Positions 1 to 11,460 of a stretch of 64,000 bases of DNA are shown here, one piece after another. The number at the start of each line of letters is the position of its first letter. The stretch's first letter is position 1. Position numbers and translations under genes: made by a program. The notes below the pieces were generated by a model. It did not search any database. It was not told the DNA's origin and saw only the letters and a program-made list of their open reading frames with translations. This DNA comes from Rhizodiscina lignyota (Eukaryota): contig ML978122.1 of NCBI GenBank assembly GCA_010015805.1, positions 310,001 through 374,000 of the forward strand, read 5' to 3'.

Positions 1-1288
1 AAGATCCCATGTGAGAATGATGGAGACACCAAAGATACCTTGAAGCCAGCTGCAGGCTGTCAGGGACAATTGATGCTTCAAATCGATTGTTGCAATTCCA
101 ATCATGCCACATATTCCGGGTATGAAACCCAAAATGATGGTAAGCACCAGCGTATTCGGCACTTTGCTGACAAAGATTCCGGCGGAAATGTTGCAGACAA
201 ACTGTATCGCACCGCTGGGCATCTGATATTGTACGCTTTTGAGGCTGTCGTATCCGAAGCCTTTCAGAAGTATCGACATGAAATTTGTCACAGATCCGTT
301 CAGAATGCCCAGACACAGAGCTTGGAGGGCTATGCAATAGACTTTTGGATCCCCCAGACATTCCCATATCTGGTACCAGAGGATCTTTGAGTGTTTGACT
401 CCGGTACGATTGGATGCTATGCGCCAAACAGATACCACCTTCTCCTCGTGTGAGAAGAATCGGACATCGTTGGGAGTTGACGGAAGAATGAAGAATAGTC
501 CAGCACCGGAGACGAAACTCATGGCGCCAATTACTAGGAAAACCAGTTTCCACGTGGCAATAGCAGGGTGGTCGATGGTCCCAATTCCCCAAGAGATGCC
601 GGCACCAGCGAGGGAAGACAAGCCATTCATTCCAAGCCAGCAAGACATTCGTAGCGGAGCCTCCTCGCGCGTCCAGAACATGGTCGTCAATGAGATCCAG
701 GCAGGTCCGATACATGCTTCGGTGCCTCCAAGAATAAATCGAATAGCGGCTATACCAGCGAAATTGTGCACGGCGCATGTGAGCATTAGTACAGCTCCCC
801 AAACCATCACCATGACTGTCACGAACTTTCCAATTGGAAGCTTTTGGAGAGCAATTGTAGATGGGTAAGCGCAGGCGAGATAGCCAATGTTCGTGAGCGC
901 TGCTACCCAAGAATAATCTCGTCCGACCAAATTCAGATCCTGCTGAAGACCGTATGCGCTCGAGTAGTTGAGGGTCTGTTTGTCGAGAAACTGCATGAAG
1001 TATACCCAACACATCTTCGATACGTTAGTCAACGTCAATTGCAACGGATTGAAGGTTACTTTCCATTGGTAGTAATATAAAATCAAGTTTCCTTCTGACT
1101 TTGGCTGCAACGAGTTCTCTCCGGTCAAAGTCCAGAGTAAAAGACTCCTTGTAGAGTCCCAAAGCAACGTCCGTATGGATTGGTGATGCAGTTATAATAT
1201 CGGGGTCGACAACATCCAACGAGTGTAAATTTGTGTTCTTCTCATCGCCACCTTTTTCCGGCGCAACTGGGCCGATAGGAGAAGACAT
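1..1288 (-). CDS. MFS transporter, allantoate permease (Dal5/ACS) family; 3' end runs off the window
   Basis: ATG at 1288 (MSSPIGPVAPEK...KVRRKLDFILLPM), intron 1063-1015, then MCWVYFMQFLDKQTLNYSSAYGLQQDL...DYSW...RFILGGTEA...FWTREEAPLR...WKLVFL, typical of Dal5-family permeases. The best-fitting intron donor is GAAAGT (non-canonical). Confidence 0.85.
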
Positions 1289-2101
1289 GATGTTACGAGG
1301 GCTCTCGACAAAGCAGCGCACTTTCCAAAGTTTTCCACAATGATTCCATGGAAGGCCTACCTTGGCTAGAAATAGGCCACCATATGGATCTCTGTGATGC
1401 AGATGAAAGATAAGAACTGTTTTGATATTTGAGAAGGAGCTGGTTTGCCGTCGCGCAAGCATGCTTGCGACGAAGCAACAACGACGCTATCAAACCCCCA
1501 CCGCAGCGGCGATCATTTTCGGACTACGTTCGCCGACCTACCTGGCTAAACCAGTCAAATGGCTCCGGCGACTCGTTCTGCCTGAACTTGACTTGGTGGT
1601 TGATGCTTCTTAAGACTCCGTCGTGAGTCGTGGACAGGCGCGTTATCCCGACGAGGGTTCCATGATTGGAATTGAAAAGAGGGCATTAAGACCACTGGCT
1701 TATTTATGGTGTTCAATGAGATATCGGAGCGACTTCGCAACTCCGGTATCAAGATCCTGTCGTACATGCATAGATTTATCAAGCAGAGGTGAGAAGGATA
1801 AAGTAAACGTGGACGAAGGACGAGAACCGCGCTGATAACAATTAGACGACTGCGATTGCGGAAACAAATGACGTCTTACCTGGTTAGGGAGGTCCATGCG
1901 AGGCTTGCGGCATCCACGGTATTTGATTGCATGAGTTTGGGATGCTTTACTCCAGCAAAAGAGGGAATTGAAAAGCCGTAATCCGTCCTGATACATTTCA
2001 TTTTAAGAATAAGATCTCATCCACTTCTCTCTCCTCCAAGAGGTACCAACGCGGATCATTTCTTCCACTGGTTTTGCACAATACATTATCTATTTGAAGC
2101 C

Positions 2102-4343
2102 ATGACCGCTAACGCTCGAGCCCATCCATTACATAATATCACGGACGTCGAGATCTCGCGCGCGACCACTATCGTAAAGGATCTTGCTGCCCAAAAAGAC
2201 AAAGCCAATGGCACTAGTACGAATCCATGGTTCAAGAGTGTCTCTCTAAGTGAACCACCGAAGGCCATTCTCCTTCCATATCTCGACGCCGAAGCTGCTG
2301 GCGTCCCCGTCTCACAGCGGCCTTTCGTCCCAAGATGTCTTGAAGTCATTTGGAGCTCAAATAACGAAAGAAATGTCTTCGTGAGTATTGTGAGTCTTGA
2401 CTCCAATACGGTAGTGGGCGAGACCAGCAAGGATCATGCACAAGGTCCGAATGACCGGTAAGGGTACATGAAACTTGAATTACAGTGCTCCATTACTCAT
2501 TATCATCTCAGCTTCGAGGTCAAGAAGGCATCCCAAATCATTCTCAATGATCTGAGGGTAAAGGAAGAAGTCAAGAAACTGGGTCTACCCGACGACGCGA
2601 TCATCCAGTGCGATTCTTGGATGTATGGCGCCGACAGGGACTCAACGCCTGACACGCCCAAGGCTATCCAAGCTCTTCTATATGCCCGAGCCCCACACAA
2701 TCATCCGGAGAGCAATCAGTAAGTTGTCTTATGATGCAAAATGCAATGGAGAGTCGTGCTGATTTGCCGTGGATACGCGTTCCCTCTGCCTTTCTCCCCT
2801 CTTCTTGATCTTTACCTCCAAAAAGTCGTGGAAATCACTCCATTGGCAACTGGTGGTAAGGAGGATGGCCTCGCGTATCATACTGGCGGAAGCAAACCGC
2901 TGGACCATTGTGCTGAGAATGAGTACTACCATGAGCTGATCAAGGAAACTCGGACAGACCTGAAGCCGCTGCAAGTCGTCCAACCGGATGGGCCCAGCTT
3001 CAAGGTCGAGGATGATAATTGTGTGTCATGGCAGAAGTGGCGTTTCAGAGTGGGATTCAACTACCGCGAAGGTCTCGTTATTCATGACGTACGCTACGAC
3101 AAGCGGCCACTCTTCTATCGCCTCAGTGTCAGCGAAATGACCGTCCCGTATGGAGGTTCGTCGGTCTTGTGCATGCTCTCTGTCCGGATTTGCGCTAACA
3201 CATATTGAAGACCCCCGAAGTCCGTATAATCGCAAACAGGCGTTCGACCTCGGGGACGCTGGTGCTGGAAGTACAGCTAATACCCTTTCGCTTGGCTGCG
3301 ATTGCCTTGGTACAATCTACTATTTCTCTGAATGGCTCAACGACGAACACGGAGCACCAACCCGTGCTGAGAACGTGATATGCCTTCATGAGCAAGACGG
3401 TGGGCTCGGTTGGAAACATACGAATCCGAGAACTGGGAAAGCTGCGGTGACACGAGCTCGTAGTCTTCTCCTCCAGATGGTCATCACGGTGGGCAACTAT
3501 GAATACGCCTTCGTGTTCTGCTTCAATTTGAACGGAAACATCGAGTTGGAGACGCGTGCCACAGGCATTCTGTCGACGGCTCTTATCGACCCAGGCAAGA
3601 CAAGCGACTGGGGCAACGTCGTATCTCCGGGCGTCCTTGCACCGAACCATCAGCATCTCTTCTCCTTCCGGATAGACCCGATGATCGAGGGTGCGAACAA
3701 TACTATCATCCAGGAGGATACTGAGGCTGTTCCCCAGTCCGAGCACGAGAACCCGCATGGGAACGCCTTCCGCATCGTCAAGAAGCCATTCGAACGCTCC
3801 GGTTTCGCAGATGCCGCACCCCTTCAGAACCGCGTCTTCAAGATCGTCAATGAGAAGAAGCGTAATAGGGTCAGCCAGAATCCAGTTGGGTACAAGCTCG
3901 TTCCTCAGCCTTGCCAGCTCATCCTGGCGACTCCTGGATCTGTTGCTCGACGCCGTGCCCGTTTCGCGGAACACCACATTTGGGTTACCAAGTATCGGGA
4001 CGGCGATCTCTGGGCTGGTGGAAAGTGGACAAACCAGTCTCTTATCGACAAGGACGGTGTTGTCGATGCTGCTGCTAGGAATGAAGATGTGAGGGATAAG
4101 GATCTCGTGCTATGGTGCACCTACGGCATGACCCACAATCCACGCGTAGAGGATTTCCCAGTCATGCCATGCGAGATCACGACGATAAGTCTGAAGCCGA
4201 GTGATTTCTTTGAGCGCAATCCCGCTATAGATGTACCGCAGAGCCGGCAGGAGGATAACAAGAGTGTTCTTGTTGGAAGCCCGATGACAGGCACGGCGGA
4301 GGTGGCTGGACAGATGGGAAGCTGCCATAAACCCAAGTTGTAA
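2102..4343 (+). CDS. Copper amine oxidase (TPQ-dependent primary amine oxidase), probably peroxisomal
   Basis: TVGNYEY TPQ motif, HQH copper ligands, AFDLG catalytic Asp, [14 protein letters not shown]-terminal PKL (PTS1-like). Introns 2458-2511, 2719-2772 (GT-GG), 3156-3210. Confidence 0.93.
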
Positions 4344-4497
4344 CGATGTATTTATCACGGCGCATTAATAATTGGTCGCGTTGTCTGGAGCATCTGCAAA
4401 TGAATTCAGTCATGATGGATGGAGGATTCAAAAGCTCCTTTTGTTCCAATTCCAAAAATTGGACCAGGCCTCCTTAGCCTGTGCCCGACTGTCCGTT

Positions 4498-4732
4498 CAA
4501 GTGGGTGACAAAATAGTTGAGTCATGGCTACAATATATAGAACTATGAGAATGTACATCCTCCATAGTTAATATAAGGTATACACGGTGAAGCTGCGCAT
4601 GTTAGATAAGCGAACTCCAGTATATATTTTATCGAACTTTTAGAGATGCTCTCGCTTGCGTTGAAGAGAAAACCTCGTTTCTACTAAATACGTTCAAACT
4701 TCACAGGACTCGACTATTTTGTCACCCTCGTG
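4498..4732. mobile_element. MITE copy A (~235 bp, ~26-bp terminal inverted repeats)
   Basis: Left end CAAGTGGGTGACAAAATAGTTGAGTC and right end GACTCGACTATTTTGTCACCCTCGTG are inverted repeats. AT-rich non-coding interior, alignable along its length with 10929-11162. Confidence 0.85.
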
Positions 4733-5023
4733 CCCGACTGTCAGTTCTCCACTGCAATCTCTGCGTCGGAGGGGCCAACGCAGCACCTCCTCGAAACCGA
4801 TCATTCCGCCGGTTTTATCCCCGCTGTTGAATGCAAGCACAGATGGACACGACGCCGCTTGTGAAGCGGGGGAGACCGGTTCTCGCCCTGGGCTTGAGAC
4901 CGAGGTGTGCGGGGTTGCTCCGATCAGAGACGACGAGGCATCAAAAGCTTCATGAGGTAGCAGATGACTGTACCTACATTCTAGTCTGGCCATCAAGGTT
5001 AACCTGAGAGCACATAAATCACC

Positions 5024-6294
5024 ATGGGTCTCCCAGAAAAGATGCGCGCTGTCATCCTCAAAGGCGACTTCGAAGTCGCTGTAGAGGATCGCCCGGTGCC
5101 CAAGATTCAGAAGCCTACGGACGTCATCTTGAAAGTCAGCGCTGCTGGACTCTGTGGCTCCGATCTTCATTTCTACCGTGGCCATCTTAAGTGTCCTCCT
5201 GGATTTATCTGCGGCCATGAATTCGTTGGTGAGATTGCGGAGAAGGGAGAGGAGGTCACAAAGTTCAACGTGGGCGACCGTGTCGTAGTAAGTTGCCCTA
5301 TGGTGGAAAGAAGGCACTTTGCTAATCTGCAAAACATGTACCATTCTATACGGCTTGTGGCGAGTGTTTCTATTGCAAGCAGGGTCAGGCTTCCAGATGT
5401 CCGAAAGGAGAATTGTTCGGGAACAGCGCTCCTGCAAACACAATCGACGGAGGACAGGCGGAATATGTCCGTGTACCTCTAGCGCAAACGACGTTGGCCC
5501 CGGTTCCAGATGGTATCCCGGAAGAGATGTTGGTGTTGATGGCAGAGTAAGGCGCCCTCTGAAATGTGTTCGGAACGAACGATCACGCTGACCTTTACAT
5601 CAGTATCTTTCCCACGGGCTATTTCTGTGAGTCCTGCTCGTACATGGTCCAGTAATATACTCACAGATTTGTTCTAGGTGCAAGCCGATATCTGCAGAAT
5701 CTAGGCCCTGCTAAGCGTAAGGAGACGGTAGCGGTTGCAGTTGGCTGCGGACCAGTGGGTATCTGTGGCATTACGGCGGCCTTGACTATGGTGGATACTG
5801 TGTATGCCATTGACAGTGTTCCGGAGCGCCTCGCAGAGGCAGAGAAGATTGGAGCAAAGACGATTCTCCTAAACGACAATCCAGTCGAAAAGATCAAGGC
5901 GGCCACTGGTGGAAGAGGCGCAGACGTCGCACTGGAATTCGTTGGGCATGGCGATGCACTCCAGCTTTGTATCGACCTTGTTCGGCCTTTCGGACAGATT
6001 AGCACCGTCGGCGTTCACACGGAGATGCTTCAGCTTAACGGCCTGATGCTGTATGGAAAGAACCTCACTATGGCATTTGGCCGATGTCCAGTGCGCAGCA
6101 TTTTCGAAGACGCCCTCGCACTTTTGGTCAAAGAGCAGGATAAAGTGAAGTTCTTGTGTGGAATGTTCATGAGCTTAGAGGAAGCGCCTGAGGCGTATCG
6201 GATATTCGAACAGCGCAAGGTAAGATATGCAGCACGATTTCTGTTGACCTTGAGCTTACTTCTGCAGGTGCACAAAATTATCTTCAAGCTCTAA
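5024..6294 (+). CDS. Zinc-dependent medium-chain alcohol/aldehyde dehydrogenase (MDR, formaldehyde-dehydrogenase-like subgroup)
   Basis: GLCGSDLH, GHEFVG, structural-Zn CGECFYC...C, DIFPTGYF, GCGPVG Rossmann motif. Four introns; the first (5288-5337) ends in CAT. Confidence 0.92.
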
Positions 6295-7120
6295 TGTAAT
6301 TGTTCGTACTCCACCACATAGTATCGTACTCCTCGGGAACAGTTTCCCGCAATTTCCAAAAGTCTAGAAGTCATTCGTCATTGAATAAAAGGTGAAAGTG
6401 AGAAGCGCCGTGATCCTCTGACGCAATATTTATAGTGCCCTCTGAACAGTGCGACTATTTTGACTCCAAACACTTTCGCTGAAGCATTTCATGTTGGGCT
6501 CTCCCGATTACGTAATTACCCCTGAATACATGTGCCTTTATAACACTACTTGGAGGTAAACCTCAGACCACTCGATTATACACTTGCATAAATACTTAAT
6601 TCAGTATATATACTCTTATACGATCCGATTTGTGATCCGATTTGTGTTTATGCAATTATGTGTCGATCTTGGTGTTGATCTTAGTGCAGGCCAGGATCCC
6701 CGAACCCGTGTAATCTCCGAGAGCGTTATAAGCAAAAAATTTGTCCTTCCCAAGGCCTTCCTTAGCCCGTGAAGCGCTCTATTCGCGCTCTAATCGAATG
6801 CGGAGATCGGTTGATCCATGAACGCAGAAACTACATTAGATAATCAGTTTTCACTTGGCCCCGAGCCAATATCCTCAGGTCGTCCACCTGTCCGTCATGG
6901 GAACGGCCATCACAGGTCACTCTCTTGATACCGAACTTTCTACGACCCTCGATCGCCTGTCATGTATGAGACAAAGCAATGACTGTCAGAACACGATCGA
7001 AGTACTTCGCAGGTAGTCGTACAGATATAAAATGAGGCAAGTCAGTGCAAAGCCAAGTGATATCCACTTTACGTTCGACGCCTGCATTTCTATCCAGTTT
7101 GAGCTCACAGCACAGCCGGC

Positions 7121-8909
7121 ATGTGTGTAACCCGTTCTTGCTTGCCATGCAGAGGCGCAAAGGCAAAGGTACGAGGCTGTTTCCATCTATCATATGCGTA
7201 TATGCTGATAGAAGACCATAGTGTGACCTTGTTCGTCCCAGCTGCGGGCGCTGCACCCAGCGAGGATTGATTTGTTCCGGCTTTCCAGAGGACGCTGATT
7301 TTGTCTTTCTGGACGAGAATGAGACGGCTCAGAGAAACTCTCAGCGTGCGAGGAAAGAGTGGAGGCGGTCTCCCGGGGCAGGTACTTCGAGTTCGCTCAC
7401 CCATGTACAGCAGGGCCAGCAATCGCCAGCTGCCGCAAACGAGGTGGATGAATTTCTCCGGCAACAATACTCATGGCTCAATGAACGTGCATATACCCAA
7501 GTATCAGAACCGTTGAAAAGAGACCTTGAGGCCAGAGCCGTGGAGCGATTCTTCATCAACTGGACATTGCACCCGAGCAATCACGGCGTGTCCCCGGGTG
7601 AGTCCTTGATTGTAGAATCGTTGATCTTTTCAGCTAATGATTAGCTTTCAGGCCATATGCATGATCTCCCCATGCTCTTTCTCGGTGCCCCACCAGATTC
7701 CATTCTTTGGCATGCTGTCCGCGCTGTTGCCTTTGCAGACATGAGGAATGAGAGTTCTGGAGATTCCCCGTTCTATGTCAAGTCGCGGTTGCACTACGGA
7801 GCCGCTTTGAATCGCACGAGAATGATACTACATGATCAGCAGGACTTGTCCAACGACCGTGTTCTCTCCGCTATACTACTAATTGATAACTTCGAGGTAA
7901 GGTACCATGAGGCTGTAGTATTCCGAACCCTGTCCTAACATTTGACTTTGTAGCTGATGTACCTGATGCGGACCGATCCAGTTGGTCCTCATAGTGAGGC
8001 TATCAAACACATTTTGCATAGCAGAGGTGACGGGCAACTCTATGATTCGGCACAGTTCTCACTCTGGCGTTTGGCACATCACCGGCTTTTGTCCCGGCAG
8101 GTTCTACTCCGCGAACAGCCTGATCCTGAGCAGATAGCTTGGGTGAGCAAATTGAACGTTGACCGGCCGGACCTCCATATCTGTGCTGATGTCCTGCATA
8201 TGAATATTCTCAGCGCGGCAGCAAAGAAGCTGACCCAGACTATTGATGACACTGAACCGATACGGGGAGGAAAATTAGAGCAGGCAAAGCAAATGACTCA
8301 AGAGATGCTGAATCTGATTGAGACCATCGAGAGCTGGACTTTAGAGATGACCGGAGTGTGGAAGCCGAAGATTGAAGACACCCAGAGTATCGCAAAGCCT
8401 CAAGACGTTGGCGAATCGCCCAACTTTCCGATTCCCCATTTCCCATGTCCACGGTTCCTCCGCTACCAGGACATATGGTTGGTAAGAGACATCTAGTTGG
8501 AATTGATGAACTGGACTAACTGTGAACCAAGGCTTATATGTGGAACTTCTATGCGGCAAGCCAGATTGTTCTCCGAGAGTCGTTGACAGACGTTGTCACC
8601 TACGCGGCCACACTGCTAAACCAGGAGGAGCCGGATGAGAATGGCATGTCAGTCATCCAGAAACAACGTGGTCGGGTGGACATGTTGTCTGCAGCCATTA
8701 TTCGGTCATTTCCCATGCTTCTTGGATTCACTCACAGGCACGAACGACCTGGAGGACCGCGAGTTCTTCAACAGGGCAAGATGGCAGGTAGACTGTTCTC
8801 TCTGTTCTCCATGTGGGTGGTGCAAAAGGCACAATTCACGTCATCTCAGCATAAGCAGACTGCATCTGAGGTTATCTCCTGGATTAACTTTCGTCACGGG
8901 TTGCACTGA
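7121..8909 (+). CDS. Zn(II)2Cys6 fungal transcription factor
   Basis: ATG 7121; spliced N-terminus MCVTRSCLPCRGAKAK|CDLVRPSCGRCTQRGLICSG gives the six-Cys cluster; four canonical introns link ORFs 7267-7644, 7657-7938, 7957-8496 and 8538-8909. Confidence 0.88.
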
Positions 8910-9543
8910 GCTCGATGTTGGCACCATGCGCAACCACACCAGCACCACAGGAACTTTATCACTTCCTGGATAATGAGGATTAGCATCACAGCACCGCGGC
9001 AGTAGACCTATTCGGGTTATGCATCCGGACCCTGGATCTTCACCACGTAAAATGCATCGCTCCTCTTTTCAATTCTCGCAAAGCTGATCGTCAACCGCCT
9101 CATAGGGGACTGCTTCAACATCCCGTCATCTCTGGACCTTTGCAGGTCGCTTCCGACTTGCATGTCCTGGTCCGCCTAGATCTGTCCACACCAGCATCAC
9201 GAGCACTGCGAGAGAGGTGAATGTGAGCAACTTTGCAATCAGTCATCAAAAAAGACATATCGAGCTAGATATCGACATCGATCTATCCATCTTGAAGCTG
9301 AAAAGTTCTGAAGCTACGGCTTGCCTAGCTGATTATGAACATAATAAAGGCAATTACGCAAATTACATGGTTTTTGTTCACCACAAGTCTTCTTTCGAGG
9401 TCAATGAAAACATTCTTACTAGAATGAAAATAGTGGCCAACGCCTAACTTTTTGAATTAAATCGCTCAAAGTCATTCTCAACATTTATCGGACTCCCATT
9501 GGCTCGAAGATGACCATTTACTCTAATACGGCTCTCGTCAACT

Positions 9544-10107
9544 TCAGAACCCCGCCTCCATCGCCTGTTCCAACCCCTCCACACCTTGAACTCCCTTAAA
9601 CCAACTCACTCTGCTGTTAATGAACTGCTCGACTCTCGGTCTCAACTTTGTCTCATGCAAATTGAAGTCGTCTACGGTCCCGATCCTCAGAATGCTCTTT
9701 CCCGGAAACCTGCTGCCTCTTCTGTACAGCAGGGTTCCGCACACGGAACAGAAACTGTTCTCCATGACGCTCCCCGAGGCAATGGTCTTGCTTTGCGCCC
9801 ATCTGGTCAATTTGTCTTCCCCGCGGAGGTGCTTGAGACTTCGGTCGTTGACGGTGAAGTTTGAAGCGAACATCGACGCGGTGATTTTGCGGCAATCCGT
9901 ACAATTGCAGACGAAACTGGTGACGAAGTCTTCTCCCTCTACAGGCTATCCGAAACGTAAGCTTAAGTGACGTGATGGCAGGGTCTAGTAGTGGGGGTTT
10001 ACGAAGGAGAGTTGCACGGCTCCACAATAACAAGTCGCCGTCGCCGTCCCGTCTGGCTGAATGCCAGATGCACCCTGCGAAGGGAGTGGGATGTTGCTTT
10101 CAGACAT
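9544..10107 (-). CDS. GFA/Mss4-like (CENP-V/glutathione-dependent formaldehyde-activating) zinc protein
   Basis: ATCYCGAVQLSF|PVEG...FVCNCTDCRKITASMF...FCSVCGTLLY Cys pattern; one canonical intron. Confidence 0.88.
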
Positions 10108-10928
10108 ATTTCTCTCAACTGGCTAGAGGTACTTTGATCAAGGGGCTGCGAGTGAATTGGAGAACTGATAATCTGGCCATGCTCTCATGTCTCTGCATTA
10201 TATATACATCACTGTCCTATCACGCGGGCCAATTAACCCCCGAAATAGTGTGCTTTTATGTCATCGCCAAAACGGCATTGAGGTCGAAAGCTCTAGTCAA
10301 TGCTGCACTATCTCTAGACCTCTGGCCTAAAAAGGTGATGCATCCTGCGCTAGAACTCTAAAGCCAAACCCATCACGTGATCACGTGCCGGGTGAAAAGG
10401 TATTTTCAATTATAGCCTACGAGTACACGCTGCTGCTTACAAAGTTTTCAAGTTTAATGTACGAGAGATATGAAGTTCTTCGGTAGTGCTGAGTCAAGGT
10501 TGGAAACAACGTCGTCTCATATCATGATGTATTCTCGAACCGCACAGTTCAACGAGAGAAGATTCTCAACATCTCGTTTCGCAATTCATGCAGCACTAGA
10601 CCGCGACAAGACCGTACATTTGGAGAAAATGTCTGCAAGGTGGAGTAGCACTGGGACCTTGGTATGAGTATACATGCGATCAGGTTTCAGGTAGGATTTG
10701 CTCAAGATATCATGTTCGCTACCTTGTAGTCTGCGGAGACTGCAGGAGTACTGAAAGTTCGAGGCTGACCGCATGTCCATCATCTTGCGGACAGGACTTT
10801 CCGACCCGCCAGTTATGTCACGATCAATGAGACAAGCTATACTCTCTACTCGGTCTAGCAGAACAACATTCCCTGGAGGTGGCGAGCTCGAGAACTCACT
10901 TATCAGACCAGGGAGAGCGGTAGTCAGG

Positions 10929-11162
10929 TAAGTGGGTGAAAAAAAAGTTGAGTCATGGCTGCAATATGTCGAATAGCGAGGATATATACACTCACTAGTT
11001 AATATAGATTATACATACTAACGCTACGCGTTTTAGATAAATACGCTCTAGTATATATTGAATCGAGCTTTAAGGGATGCTCTCGCTCGTACTAAAGAAT
11101 TAAACTTGTTCTTACTATAGCCGTTCAGTTAAAGCGGGCTCAACTATTTTGTCGCCCGCGTG
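10929..11162. mobile_element. MITE copy B (same family as 4498-4732)
   Basis: TAAGTGGGTGAAAAAAAAGTTGAGTCATGGCT...GGCTCAACTATTTTGTCGCCCGCGTG. Shares interior blocks with copy A (TAGTTAATATA, TTAGATAA, AGTATATATT, GATGCTCTCGCT); flanked by TCAGG on both sides. Confidence 0.85.
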
Positions 11163-11460
11163 TCAGGGCAAATGTCGTAGAGGCGAGCACGAGAACAAGA
11201 GGAGGACACCAAGCGGTCCGATGTGAACAGGTTTTGCGAACTCCTTGAACAGAGAATCTGCAGGACTTCTCAGAGGCAAAAGGTCAAGACAACCGTCACG
11301 AGGGTCACGAGGGCATTTTCATCCATTGCATTGCTGTTACGCCTGTGTTTGGATTAAACATTACGCTTGTCTCTGCTCATTGCCCATAGTCACACCAAGG
11401 TACTCTCGCTAATTCGACCAGTGCAGCCCAACGCCATCAGTGCAGTCCAACGCCACCAGA

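Noticed and set aside
3195..3977. Long antisense ORFs (also 4694-5443, 21809-22576, 40743-41339, 43274-43765)
   Set aside because: Shadows of codon bias in real genes on the opposite strand; no motifs of their own.
6445..6470. GACTATTTTG resembling the MITE TIR
   Set aside because: Only ~10 bp match, with no partner TIR or interior similarity.
11420..11457. Two-unit ~19-bp tandem repeat (CAGTGCAGYCCAACGCCA) after the subtilase stop
   Set aside because: Only two adjacent units with no spacers; a local duplication, not an array.
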